NCBI GenBank assembly: GCA_003523055.1
Contig: DPHC01000005.1
Location: forward strand, 152,281-216,280
Direction: 5' to 3'
DNA from: Dehalococcoidia bacterium
GTDB lineage: Bacteria; Chloroflexota; Dehalococcoidia; Lucifugimonadales; UBA3495
Length of the DNA stretch: 64,000 nt
The notes below the pieces were generated by a model. It saw only the letters and a list, made by a program, of their open reading frames with translations, was not told where the DNA came from and did not search any database. Below are positions 10,297-20,593 of this stretch, piece by piece. Position 1 is the first letter of the stretch; every line of letters starts with the position of its first letter. A program made the translations under genes and the position numbers.

Positions 10297-11007
10297 ATGC
10301 CAGATCGGAGTGGTTACAAGTCAGCTATGGTTGTTGTTGCCCATGCAGATGATGCAGAATGGGGATGCAGCGGTACGGTGGCAAAATGGTGTAAAGAAGG
10401 ATGGGATGTAGTGTATGTTCTCTGCACTGACGGAAGTAAAGGAAACGATGACCCTACAGTTACGAGCAAGCAATTGAAAGAATTACGAGAGACAGAACAA
10501 ATTAATGCCGGAAAAGTTCTCGGGCTAAAAGAAGTAGTGTTTCTAGGATATGAGGATTCAATGTTGGAGCCTTCTATTTCATTGAGAAAAGATATTACAA
10601 GACAAATACGAAAACATAAGCCAGATATTTTAATTTGCCAGTACCCGATGAGAACGCTTTTGGGTAAAGGATACATAGGACACCCTGATCATATAGCTTC
10701 AGGAGAAGCTGCTATGTCAGCTGTATTCCCTACAGCGAGAGATCGATTAACCTTTCCAGAACTGCTAAAGGAAGGATTTTCTCCTCATAAAGTAAATGAA
10801 TTGTGGGTTATGGGTTCTGAGTTGGCTGAAGAGTATGTCGATGTCACAGAAACTATAGATATAGCAGTTTTAGCTTTGCAACAGCATGCTAGCCAGATAG
10901 GCAATCAAGATGCGGTAGCAAATCATATGAGGGATTGGAGATTAAAAAACGGAGAATCTGTTAACATGCAATATGCAGAGAAATTCCATGCTTTTGACCT
11001 GTCATAA
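10297..11007 (+). CDS. PIG-L/LmbE family deacetylase
   Basis: VVVAHADDAEWGCSGT and GHPDH motifs. GGAG RBS. Confidence 0.8.
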   Translation: MPDRSGYKSAMVVVAHADDAEWGCSGTVAKWCKEGWDVVYVLCTDGSKGNDDPTVTSKQLKELRETEQINAGKVLGLKEVVFLGYEDSMLEPSISLRKDITRQIRKHKPDILICQYPMRTLLGKGYIGHPDHIASGEAAMSAVFPTARDRLTFPELLKEGFSPHKVNELWVMGSELAEEYVDVTETIDIAVLALQQHASQIGNQDAVANHMRDWRLKNGESVNMQYAEKFHAFDLS

Positions 11008-11068
11008 TTGTAAGATTGAAGTTTTTAGAATTACTATTGGTGAAAAGCTGCTTATATAGGAGAGTTAT

Positions 11069-12166
11069 ATGAAAATCACAGGATACAATGTTAATTCAGT
11101 TAAAATTCCTGCAGACAAACCATTGGTCGAAGGAGTTAAATCTAGTGATACAAAACGAGGCTTTGTCACATTGGAATTGTATACGGATCAGGGTATTGGT
11201 GGAGTCGGTGTAAGCTTTATACCAGGCAACGTCAATAACCCGTTATTTCCATCTCTAAGGATTGCTGTTGAAAATTTGAGTCAACTCTTGATTGATGAAG
11301 ATCCAATGATGATTGAAAACATATATTCTAAATTAACATCAGCTGCTACAGGTTCGGGCCCGGGAGGAATTCTGAATATTGCTATGGCATCTATTGATAC
11401 CGCACTTTGGGATATTAAAGGTAAATATTTAAATCAATCTGTCTCATCGTTGCTAGGGGGGTATAGAACTAGCATTAACACCTATGCTAGTGGTCAACTT
11501 ACCCGAGAAAAAAATCTAGAAGATTTAGAATTTATAGCGCCTAGATTAGTTGAGCTAGGATTTCATCAAATGAAAACACAAATGGGAGGTGAATCCACGG
11601 CCTCTGCAGAAATTGACAGGATGAGAGTCCTTAGACAAGTGTTGTCTCCAGACGTTGATTTAATGTGTGATATAAATCAATTATGGGACGTTAATCAAGC
11701 AATTCAGATTGGATCTAGAGTAGAAGATTACAATCTATTTTGGCTGGAGGATGTGGTTGCCTCCGAAGATTATCAAGGTTTGGCCAGAGTGGCAGATGCG
11801 TTAACGACTCCAGTTTGTGCCGGAGAGTATGTGTATGGCATTAGACCTTTTCGACATATGATAGAGGCGCGATCTATAGATATTGTAATGATTGATCTAA
11901 TGAGAGTTGGTGGTATCACTCAGTTTATGAAAGTGGCTCACATGGCTGAGGCATTTAATTTACCAGTTGTCAGTCATTTAATACCTGAAGTTCAAGTACA
12001 TACTATGGCGGCTATCCCTAATGGATTAACTGTAGAATATATGCCTTGGTCATTAATGTTATTTGAGGAAACACCAGAAATCAAAAATGGAGAAATACGA
12101 GTCCCTGCAAAGCCTGGACTGGGACTCGTATTTGACCAAAGTATTATATCAAAATATAAAGACTAA
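11069..12166 (+). CDS. Mandelate racemase/muconate lactonizing enzyme family protein (enolase superfamily)
   Basis: ALWDIKGK, DxNQ...WLED...D metal-ligand spacing (DINQLW, FWLEDV, MIDL), 365 aa. Confidence 0.8.
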   Translation: MKITGYNVNSVKIPADKPLVEGVKSSDTKRGFVTLELYTDQGIGGVGVSFIPGNVNNPLFPSLRIAVENLSQLLIDEDPMMIENIYSKLTSAATGSGPGGILNIAMASIDTALWDIKGKYLNQSVSSLLGGYRTSINTYASGQLTREKNLEDLEFIAPRLVELGFHQMKTQMGGESTASAEIDRMRVLRQVLSPDVDLMCDINQLWDVNQAIQIGSRVEDYNLFWLEDVVASEDYQGLARVADALTTPVCAGEYVYGIRPFRHMIEARSIDIVMIDLMRVGGITQFMKVAHMAEAFNLPVVSHLIPEVQVHTMAAIPNGLTVEYMPWSLMLFEETPEIKNGEIRVPAKPGLGLVFDQSIISKYKD

Positions 12167-12180
12167 AATGAGAGTGAATA

Positions 12181-12480
12181 ATGATACTTCAGTTACGAAC
12201 ATATACGATTAATGAGGGAATGATGGATTCATTTATAGATATATTTACAAAACATATTAAACCTTTACATGCGAGGTTGAATATTCCTGTGCAAGGAATG
12301 TGGACTAATATAGAAAAAAATGAATTTATTTGGATGCGTAAGTTTGAAAGCATAGATGAAATACCAGCAAAAGAACGGGCTTTTTCGGATTCCCCAGAGA
12401 GGAAAAGTTTAGGAGATCGGCCGACTAGTCATATAGCTAAAATGGATATCAAAATTATTGAGTCATTAGATATTAATTAA
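12181..12480 (+). CDS. NIPSNAP family protein
   Basis: 99 aa. The LRTYTI... start is typical of NIPSNAP/dimeric alpha-beta barrel proteins. Confidence 0.55.
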   Translation: MILQLRTYTINEGMMDSFIDIFTKHIKPLHARLNIPVQGMWTNIEKNEFIWMRKFESIDEIPAKERAFSDSPERKSLGDRPTSHIAKMDIKIIESLDIN

Positions 12481-12910
12481 GGTTTTTAACCATAAGAATA
12501 TGTGTTATGTTTTCATCAAGGAAAACTTCACCCGTAGGAATGAAACCATTTTTTATATAGAATTCTTCCGCATGCGTTTGTGCATGTAAATGTATTTCAG
12601 TGTAGTTGTTTTCTAAGGCTATCTTTTCCAATTTCTGTAACATTAGGGTTCCTACCCCAAATTTCCGCCATCCGCGATCTACTGCCATTCTTCCTATATG
12701 ACATATACTTTTTTCTTTCCATATTAATCTTCCAGTTCCAACAATCATTTTTTCGCAACGAGTAATGACATGGATACAATGTTTATCGATTTCATCGATT
12801 TCATGGTCAGGATTAACTCCTTGTTCTTTAACAAAAACTCGAGTTCGGAGTTCAAAGGCTAATTCTTGGTCTTGGGTAGTATGAATTTCTGTAACGGTAA
12901 ATTTCGGCAT
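12473..12910 (-). CDS. GNAT family N-acetyltransferase
   Basis: RMAVDRGWRKFGVGTLML (acetyl-CoA binding Q/RxxGxG/A) and YIKNGF. Confidence 0.8.
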   Translation of the reverse strand: MPKFTVTEIHTTQDQELAFELRTRVFVKEQGVNPDHEIDEIDKHCIHVITRCEKMIVGTGRLIWKEKSICHIGRMAVDRGWRKFGVGTLMLQKLEKIALENNYTEIHLHAQTHAEEFYIKNGFIPTGEVFLDENITHILMVKNLN

Positions 12911-12937
12911 TTCAGTCCCAGCGTTATATTAAAACGT

Positions 12938-15133
12938 TTAGGTGGGTAAGATTTCGATGGGAGCGAAGCTATGGAGTAGTTTTTTAACTCCTATTTGCGA
13001 GTTGAATTGGATTACAATTTCGAAATCGTTATTAATAGGCTCTATGTCAGTAATGATACCTTCTCCGAAGGTATTATGGTTTATGTGCTGTCCAATTTTA
13101 GGGTCAGGTTTGGGAGAATGGATGGAAGTTGTTTTTCTTAAAGCTGTAATATTCCGTTTAATTGGTTTAACTTTGGACTTAGTAGTTTCAATTGCTGCAT
13201 AATCAATTACTCCATCAAGGTTTTCTAAAAACCTCGATTTCACAGTAGGTCCATACCTACCCATTAAACCTCTCCTAAAAGCATTAGTTAAATATAAAAC
13301 CTTTTGTGCTCTAGTAACTCCTACATAACATAACCGGCGTTCTTCCTCTATTTGGTCATGACTGTCAAACGAGCGACTGTGAGGTAGTAAGCCTTCTTCT
13401 AAACCAACCATAAATACGACTGGGAATTCCAATCCTTTAGCTTGGTGCAGAGTTATTAATGTTAAACAATCATCGGATTCATCATATTTGTCTATGTCAT
13501 TAATCAATGACAGCCTATCTAGTAATGCAGAAAGCCCTTCATGAGTATCTTGCGTGTTGAATTCTCGTGCAGTTTCTCTAAATTCTAATATATTTTCCCA
13601 ACGTTCTTGAGATTTGTCTGACGAGCTCAAGATAGAATCTTGTAATCCACTTTCGCTGAGAACTAGGTCTATTAATTCTATCAGTGGCAAATGCTGGGAT
13701 TCATCTGTAAAAATTATTAACTTCTGGTAAAAGTCAGATAATAATTTAGTGGACCTACTGTTTAACGCAGAATTATTATCGGATGTTTCGCTTATGTTTT
13801 TTAGCGTTTCGTATAAAGATTGACCGAGTGATTCACTGTATGATTTTAAATCTTCGATCGTTTTCTTGCCAATTCCTTTGCCTGGGTTTGAGATAGCACG
13901 TATCATGCTGATATTGTCGGAAGAGTTATGAATTATTGTTAAATAAGATAAAAGATCTTTTATCTCTTTACGTTGATAGAATTGGATTCCTCCAACGATG
14001 CGATATTTTACTGCTGATTTTAGACAGGCTTCTTCTAAAGCTCTTGATTGAGCATTCACTCTATACATTACTGCGACATCGTTTAGGTTAAAATTATTTG
14101 ATGTGATTCGCTTGATTTCTGTTATTACGAAACTAGCCTCATCTAATTCATCATAAGTTTCATGTATTATCACGGGACTTCCTTGTTCATTGTCTGTGAA
14201 CAAGTCATTTTCTATAGAGAGGCTATTTTTGGATATTATATTTTTGGCTACGCTTACAATTTGTTTAGTTGAACGATAATTTTGGTTAATCGTTATTGTT
14301 TTAGTTCCAGGAAAATCATCTTGAAAATTTAAGATATTCGTAATGTCAGCATTTCTCCAGGAATATATTGATTGATTAGGATCTCCCACGACGGTTATGT
14401 TGTTATGTTGCTCTACTAGTAATTTTGATAATAAATATTGAGATGCGTTAGTATCTTGGAATTCGTCTATCATTACTTGTTGAAAATTTTGATTGTAAAA
14501 ATCTTGGATTCTTGGATTATTGCTGAGTAAGTCGACAGACTTTGAAATCAGATCGTCAAAATCAGCCGCATTATTCCGTTGTAATAATTCTTCATATTTA
14601 CTAAAAACATTAGCTGCGAGTTCTTCAAAATATGATTCAGCTTCTACTAACAAACTTCGAGAATCTTTAAGAGAACTTTTGGATTTAGATATGATGTTTT
14701 GAATTGCCCTGGCATTCGCTTGTTTTGGGTCAATTTCTGCTAATATCATAGATTCTTTTATAGCAGATAATTGATCATCAGAATCATATATTGTGTAATT
14801 ATTGTCTAGTCCAACATACTTGCCATGTGTTCGTAAAATTCTTGCACAAAATGAATGAAAAGTACTTGCAGTTACAGAATTCATTGATGGTATAGCCATA
14901 TTCGAAATCCGGGTTTTTAATTCATTGGCAGCTTTATTAGTGAATGTTACTGCTAGGACGTTAGAGGTTTTAATCGTTCCTGATAAGATTAAGTGAGCTA
15001 TTCGGTGAGTTATAACGCGGGTTTTACCACTTCCCGGACCTGCAATAATTAACATGGGGCCATCTAGATGTTGGACTGCGTTGATTTGTTCTTCATTAAG
15101 CGATTGCAAAATGGATTTTGTAGTAGTAACCAT
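12938..15133 (-). CDS. pcrA: ATP-dependent DNA helicase PcrA/UvrD family
   Basis: AGPGSGKT (Walker A), VTFTNKAA, DEFQDTN, NYRST, TLHQAKGLEF, YVGVTRA. Confidence 0.9.
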   Translation of the reverse strand: MVTTTKSILQSLNEEQINAVQHLDGPMLIIAGPGSGKTRVITHRIAHLILSGTIKTSNVLAVTFTNKAANELKTRISNMAIPSMNSVTASTFHSFCARILRTHGKYVGLDNNYTIYDSDDQLSAIKESMILAEIDPKQANARAIQNIISKSKSSLKDSRSLLVEAESYFEELAANVFSKYEELLQRNNAADFDDLISKSVDLLSNNPRIQDFYNQNFQQVMIDEFQDTNASQYLLSKLLVEQHNNITVVGDPNQSIYSWRNADITNILNFQDDFPGTKTITINQNYRSTKQIVSVAKNIISKNSLSIENDLFTDNEQGSPVIIHETYDELDEASFVITEIKRITSNNFNLNDVAVMYRVNAQSRALEEACLKSAVKYRIVGGIQFYQRKEIKDLLSYLTIIHNSSDNISMIRAISNPGKGIGKKTIEDLKSYSESLGQSLYETLKNISETSDNNSALNSRSTKLLSDFYQKLIIFTDESQHLPLIELIDLVLSESGLQDSILSSSDKSQERWENILEFRETAREFNTQDTHEGLSALLDRLSLINDIDKYDESDDCLTLITLHQAKGLEFPVVFMVGLEEGLLPHSRSFDSHDQIEEERRLCYVGVTRAQKVLYLTNAFRRGLMGRYGPTVKSRFLENLDGVIDYAAIETTKSKVKPIKRNITALRKTTSIHSPKPDPKIGQHINHNTFGEGIITDIEPINNDFEIVIQFNSQIGVKKLLHSFAPIEILPT

Positions 15134-15248
15134 GGAATAAAGTATATCATTACTTATTATACTTGAACTTTGATTAACTGGATTGGAATGATATACTTTT
15201 CAGTTAAATAACTCTGTTTATTATGAGTCTTAATCAGGAGAGTATCTT

Positions 15249-16364
15249 TTGGCGTCGAATAGTATTAATTTAAGAACACCAGGTCCAACCCCTCTTCCAG
15301 ACCCAGTGCTTGAGGCGTTATCAAACCCTATGATTAATCATAGAGGACCTGAATTTAAAAAACTTTTAGATGATACAACTCACAAAATGAAGCAAATATT
15401 TATGACACAGAATGACGTATTCATTTTGACAGCGTCTGGATCAGGCGCATTAGAGGCATCCATTGTTAATACGCTATCACCCGGAGATAAAGTTATATCT
15501 TGTAGTGCGGGATCTTTTGGAGACAGATATACAGAGATTGCAAGAACTTATGGGGCAAATGTCGTTGAATTGAGTTATGAATGGGGTGACGCTATACCTC
15601 CAGAGGATATAAAAAAAGCCTTGTTAGCAAACCTGGATACTAAAGCAGTAATCGTTACTCATAATGAAACATCTACCGGGGTGGAGCATGATTTACAAGA
15701 GATCGCTAGAGTAGTGAAAGAAAATTCCGACGCATTAATATTAGTGGATGCAGTAAGCAGTTTAGGGTCTGTCCCTCTTCCAGTAGACGGTTGGTCTTGC
15801 GATGTAGTTTGTACAGGTTCACAAAAATCATTTATGATACCTCCCGGGTTGTCTTTTATCAGTTTTAGTAAACGTGCTTGGGAAGCGTTTGATGTTGCTA
15901 CTATGCCTAAATCTTATTTTGACTTAGGTGCTGCGAAAGATGCTTTATCTAAAGGACAAACTCCATGGACACCTAGCATATCGCTGTTCTATGCATTGGA
16001 TGTGGCATTAGATATGATGCTAGACGAAGGATTGGAAAATATTTTTATAAGACAATCTAATATCGCTGAATATACGAGAAAACGTTCAAAAGAATTGGGG
16101 TTAGAATTGCTCCCTACAGATGAAAAAAGAGCTTCTGACACAGTCACTGCAGTGAGATTACCAGATTGTATTGATTCATCAAAATTTATGTCTATGATGA
16201 AAAATGATGAAAATATAGTATTAGCAGGTGGGCAAGGTAAATTAACCAGCAAAATATTTAGAATAGGCCACTTGGGGTCAGTTGTTATAGAAGAAATAGA
16301 AGAAGTGTTTGAGTCTTTGGAAAGAGTTCTTCCCAAACTTGGATATTCTTTGCCTGCTAAATAA
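15249..16364 (+). CDS. Class V aminotransferase (alanine/serine-glyoxylate aminotransferase family)
   Basis: TPGPTPLP, HNETSTG, GSQKSFMIPPGLS (PLP-Lys). TTG start. Confidence 0.8.
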   Translation: MASNSINLRTPGPTPLPDPVLEALSNPMINHRGPEFKKLLDDTTHKMKQIFMTQNDVFILTASGSGALEASIVNTLSPGDKVISCSAGSFGDRYTEIARTYGANVVELSYEWGDAIPPEDIKKALLANLDTKAVIVTHNETSTGVEHDLQEIARVVKENSDALILVDAVSSLGSVPLPVDGWSCDVVCTGSQKSFMIPPGLSFISFSKRAWEAFDVATMPKSYFDLGAAKDALSKGQTPWTPSISLFYALDVALDMMLDEGLENIFIRQSNIAEYTRKRSKELGLELLPTDEKRASDTVTAVRLPDCIDSSKFMSMMKNDENIVLAGGQGKLTSKIFRIGHLGSVVIEEIEEVFESLERVLPKLGYSLPAK

Positions 16365-16420
16365 AATCTAAGCCTATCTTTTCAAATTTTCGATATTAAA
16401 TATAAAATTTAGAGAGACTT

Positions 16421-17053
16421 ATGGCAAGAAATTTTGCTCATTGGAATTTGCGTTATATTAAGAACAGGTTAGCAGTTCTTATCTATGAAAAAAAGAACCC
16501 TTCTTTACCGTGGCTTACTAAAGAATCTATAGTTTTTTTAGAAAATTATCTTACAAGCGAACATACCGGTTTAGAATTAGGATCAGGCAGGAGCACTATT
16601 TGGTTTGCTAAAAAAGTTAACTATTTGATTTCTATCGAACATGACAATGACTGGTATGAGCATGTTTGCAATATGATTAAAGAACAAAAATTATCAAATA
16701 AAATAGATTACAGAAGTTGCGCAGATTTAGAACATTATGCAGCTCAGGTAACGGCATTGGATGATGATTCTTTGAATTTTTGTTTAGTTGATGGCAAGGT
16801 TAGGGATTTATGTTCCGTCAATGTTATTCCTAAAATAAAAAACGGAGGATTATTAGTAATTGACAATATTAATTGGTTTTTACCTAATAAATCCTATAGT
16901 CCTAATTCATTGCGTGACGTAGATGGATTTAAAACGGATGCATGGCGTTTTTTTGCAGAAGAAGTAAAAACCTGGCAGTGCTTTTGGACTTCAAATGGTG
17001 TATCTGATACGGCTATTTGGGTTAAACCAATATCATACGCTAGAACTGATTAG
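16421..17053 (+). CDS. Class I SAM-dependent methyltransferase-like protein
   Basis: LELGSGRSTIWFA (motif I), LVDG, LLVIDN. Confidence 0.5.
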   Translation: MARNFAHWNLRYIKNRLAVLIYEKKNPSLPWLTKESIVFLENYLTSEHTGLELGSGRSTIWFAKKVNYLISIEHDNDWYEHVCNMIKEQKLSNKIDYRSCADLEHYAAQVTALDDDSLNFCLVDGKVRDLCSVNVIPKIKNGGLLVIDNINWFLPNKSYSPNSLRDVDGFKTDAWRFFAEEVKTWQCFWTSNGVSDTAIWVKPISYARTD

Positions 17054-18325
17054 AGATAATCCTCTTAATACGGTTGGATGAAATACTAAGCCTGTAGGGA
17101 TTTTTGGATAGAAAAATGTAGACTTTGGGGGCAGGTTAATCCCAGTTAGTGCGACTTGTTCGAATGATTCTTTGGGGAAAGACCCAAAGAGGATACCTGT
17201 AGAATTTTTGTTTTCAATCACTGATTTGACAGTATCGAATAAATTATGATTAACCGTTAGTTTACTTGCTGGCAGATTCTCTAAAATTGGTTTAATGATG
17301 TGTTTCTCCATAATCCAAGCGTCAGATTCTCCAAGAAGTCCCCAGTTGTTGAGCTCTTTGCCGTTTGGCGAACTAAAGGTTATTAATTTGCCTGTTGCTT
17401 CGTTCAATAAACACAATGAATGCTTTTCTCTAGTATTGCTTTGAATGATATTTATTAATTGAGACAGGTCGTATTCAGAAATATCTTCGACATTTTTCTT
17501 ATCATAGATCTGAGAAGTGTTATGTTCAAGAACGTCGAAGTTTGTAGTCTTGAAATTTTGAAGTATACGATGATATGGAAGAATTTGTAGCCCTGGATCT
17601 TCTATATCGACTAATGTTGCCATTACATAATTTACAGCAGAATTTGGGAAAGCAGTTGAATTTTGTATGCCTAAGGCAGCTTCATATCTATGATGCCCAT
17701 CGGCTATAAAAACCTTACAGTGGTTTAAGGCCTGTGTTATCAAAGTATTGTTGGTGTTATTGATTAACTTCCATATTTTTATATTGCTGAACTCATCTAT
17801 GTGTACATTTAAGTCTGGTTTTGAAGAAGTTATTTGATCTAGTAATCCAGAGAGTGGTTTAGAAGCATTCCTGTACGTAGCTAATATAGGGCTAAATTGA
17901 ATACCTGTGTTTTCCAGTAAATTAATTCGATCTTGCACTATGGGGGCGTAGGTGTTTTCATGTGTAATTATGTTGTTGCTCGAGTATTGTTCTACTCTTA
18001 GTGCTCCAGTTATTCCAGTCAGTGTGAAATGTACATTATTTAATTGATATGTATATTTAAGTATCTGGAAATTAGGTTGAGAATCTCTTATCAGTATCTC
18101 ATCATTTACCCAGTCGTCAAAGATTCGCTTAGTTTTTAAGTATTTTTCTTTATCTGTACTATCTGAAGTTCCCTCTAGCCAGATTGAGTTATATTTGTTT
18201 TGCTTTTCTAGAGACCGCTTTAACTCTGGTGTAATCATGTCATATGGAGGACACAATAAGTCCTTCATGGTGTTCAATTTATTGAGGTTATATTTAAACC
18301 CTCGTAATGGTACGAATTCAGTCAT
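17033..18325 (-). CDS. DUF1015 family protein
   Basis: IADGHHRYEAAL signature, about 430 aa. Convergent 21-nt overlap with the methyltransferase gene. Confidence 0.75.
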   Translation of the reverse strand: MTEFVPLRGFKYNLNKLNTMKDLLCPPYDMITPELKRSLEKQNKYNSIWLEGTSDSTDKEKYLKTKRIFDDWVNDEILIRDSQPNFQILKYTYQLNNVHFTLTGITGALRVEQYSSNNIITHENTYAPIVQDRINLLENTGIQFSPILATYRNASKPLSGLLDQITSSKPDLNVHIDEFSNIKIWKLINNTNNTLITQALNHCKVFIADGHHRYEAALGIQNSTAFPNSAVNYVMATLVDIEDPGLQILPYHRILQNFKTTNFDVLEHNTSQIYDKKNVEDISEYDLSQLINIIQSNTREKHSLCLLNEATGKLITFSSPNGKELNNWGLLGESDAWIMEKHIIKPILENLPASKLTVNHNLFDTVKSVIENKNSTGILFGSFPKESFEQVALTGINLPPKSTFFYPKIPTGLVFHPTVLRGLSLISSSV

Positions 18326-18459
18326 GCAACTTTAATTATACTGATTGGTACAATTAGCGTCCAATCAGATTTTTGTTTTGTTTGGATATGTTGTTATAAT
18401 TGTCTAATAAGTATAAATATATACTTGCCCAGATATAAAAAGTTAAAAGAGAGAATTAA

Positions 18460-19677
18460 ATGTCTACAGGTATAACAGAAGTTTTAAATGGGACTATAAC
18501 CTCACCAATAGGATTTGTTGCTGGAGCAACTTATGCTGGCTTAAAGACTTTTTCTGAAGACAAACTTGATTTAGGTTTGATTGTTTCCGAAAATATTTGT
18601 GTCGCTGCAGGAGTATTTACTACAAGTTCAATACGATCACCATCTGTTGATGTTACGGCTGAACACATCAGCGACTCTTCAGCAAAGGCTATTGTTGTTA
18701 ATGCTGGAATTGCCAATGCTTGTGTGGGAGACCAAGGATTTTTGGATGCTAGAGAAATTGCACAATTGGTAGCAGGGAAAATTGACTGTGATTTCACAGA
18801 TGTTTTGGTATGTAGCACTGGCGTTATAGGCGTAGAACTTCCTATGTCTTTAGTTAGAACAGGGATATCAAAATTATCAGTAGATAAAAACTCAGGAACT
18901 GATGTAGCTAAAGCAATGATGACTACAGACACTCGAACTAAAGAAATATCAGTAGAATTTCAAATTGGCACTAAAACAGTCACAATGTCAGGAGTAGCTA
19001 AAGGATCTGGAATGATTCATCCGAACATGGCTACTATGCTCGGATTTATTACCACCGACGCAAACGTAGAAAAAGTATTTTTACAAAGAGCCTTGAGTGG
19101 AGTTGCTGATGATACATTTAATATGCTAACTGTCGACGGAGATACTAGCACAAATGACACAGTTTTGATTTTAGCTAATGGAGCTGCGGATAATAATTTA
19201 ATAGAACAAGATTCTGATAGTGCAGATATTTTCATCGAAGCATTGAAACATGTATGTACGGATTTAGTTAGAAAACTGGCTTCAGATGCTGAAGGTGCGT
19301 CCACTCTTATTACAATTGAGGTATTAGGGGCCAAAACAAAAGAAAATGCTCGAAAGGCAGCTAAAACAATTGCCTCTTCTAGCTTAGTAAAATCAGCAGT
19401 TTATGGGTCGGACCCTAATTGGGGAAGAATTTTAGCTGCCTTAGGGAGAAGTGATGTAGAACTTGTAGAAAATGCAATTGATTTATTTGTAAATGGCGTA
19501 TGTATTATGGAATCTGGAAAACCGATTCCCTTTCATAAAGATGCTGTTGTAGCGTTAATGCAGCAATCAGAAGTAATATTCAGGCTCAACTTGAATATTG
19601 GCGATGGCAATGCCGTTGCATGGGGATGCGATTTAACCGAGCAATATGTAATTATTAATAGTGCATATACTACTTAG
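18460..19677 (+). CDS. argJ: Bifunctional glutamate N-acetyltransferase / amino-acid acetyltransferase ArgJ
   Basis: KGSGMIHPNMATMLGFITTDA (autoprocessing ATML site), MLTVDGDTSTND, GSDPNWGRI, INSAYTT C-terminus. Confidence 0.92.
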   Translation: MSTGITEVLNGTITSPIGFVAGATYAGLKTFSEDKLDLGLIVSENICVAAGVFTTSSIRSPSVDVTAEHISDSSAKAIVVNAGIANACVGDQGFLDAREIAQLVAGKIDCDFTDVLVCSTGVIGVELPMSLVRTGISKLSVDKNSGTDVAKAMMTTDTRTKEISVEFQIGTKTVTMSGVAKGSGMIHPNMATMLGFITTDANVEKVFLQRALSGVADDTFNMLTVDGDTSTNDTVLILANGAADNNLIEQDSDSADIFIEALKHVCTDLVRKLASDAEGASTLITIEVLGAKTKENARKAAKTIASSSLVKSAVYGSDPNWGRILAALGRSDVELVENAIDLFVNGVCIMESGKPIPFHKDAVVALMQQSEVIFRLNLNIGDGNAVAWGCDLTEQYVIINSAYTT

Positions 19678-19707
19678 ATCATTGTAGATTTACTGAGCGT
19701 TATTAAA

Positions 19708-20517
19708 ATGGAGCCAAATGTGTCAAATATTGATTTGGTAGTAAAAATTGGAGGGAGTACATTAGGAAACCATGATACTACCATTAAAGATTTAGTTGAA
19801 TTGCAAAGTGAAGGATATAGAATAGTTGTTGTTCATGGCGGCGGAAATGTAATTTCTGACTGGATGAAAAAACAAAACTTAACACCTGTATTCATTGACG
19901 GATTAAGAGTGACTGATAGACCAAGTTTGGACATAGTAGTAGCTGTATTGACTGGCCTAATAAATAAAGAAATGGTTTCTTTATTTAATCAATTAGGAGG
20001 TAAAGCTATTGGTATTAGCGGAATTGATGGACGCATGTTAGAAGGTACCATCCCTGATCCTCAATTAGGATATGTCGGACAAGTAATTACAATAAATACT
20101 AATCCTATCAATGCAATCCTGGATTCAGGCTACATGCCTATGGTGTCTCCAGTTGGAGTTCATGTCCTTGATAATTCAAACAATTCAGGAATTCCATTAA
20201 ATATTAACGGAGATACGTCGGCAGGAGAATTAGCCAAAGCATTATCACCTGAAAGGTTGGTATTTTTGACTGATGTTCCCGGGGTAATGGATAACAGCGG
20301 TCGAGTGATCTCTAAAATGAACATGAATATCGCAAACAATTTAATCAGTTCTGGGGCGATTAAAGGAGGAATGATTCCTAAATTAGGCGCCTGTATTAAT
20401 GCACTTGAGAGTGTAAAATATGCAGATATAATTGATGGAAGAATCCCAGGTTCTTTGAGAGATTGTGTGAATGACAAAAAAAGTGGTACTAGAATTATGG
20501 GATCTAAAACTCAATGA
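19708..20517 (+). CDS. argB: Acetylglutamate kinase
   Basis: VVKIGGS, VVVHGGG, GLRVTD, NINGDTSAGELA. Confidence 0.9.
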   Translation: MEPNVSNIDLVVKIGGSTLGNHDTTIKDLVELQSEGYRIVVVHGGGNVISDWMKKQNLTPVFIDGLRVTDRPSLDIVVAVLTGLINKEMVSLFNQLGGKAIGISGIDGRMLEGTIPDPQLGYVGQVITINTNPINAILDSGYMPMVSPVGVHVLDNSNNSGIPLNINGDTSAGELAKALSPERLVFLTDVPGVMDNSGRVISKMNMNIANNLISSGAIKGGMIPKLGACINALESVKYADIIDGRIPGSLRDCVNDKKSGTRIMGSKTQ

Positions 20518-20593
20518 TTTCATTTTTCATTTCAACTTTTTTATGATAGGTTTACATATCTGGATTACAATAAAAAATGCTTTGTGAGGTTCT

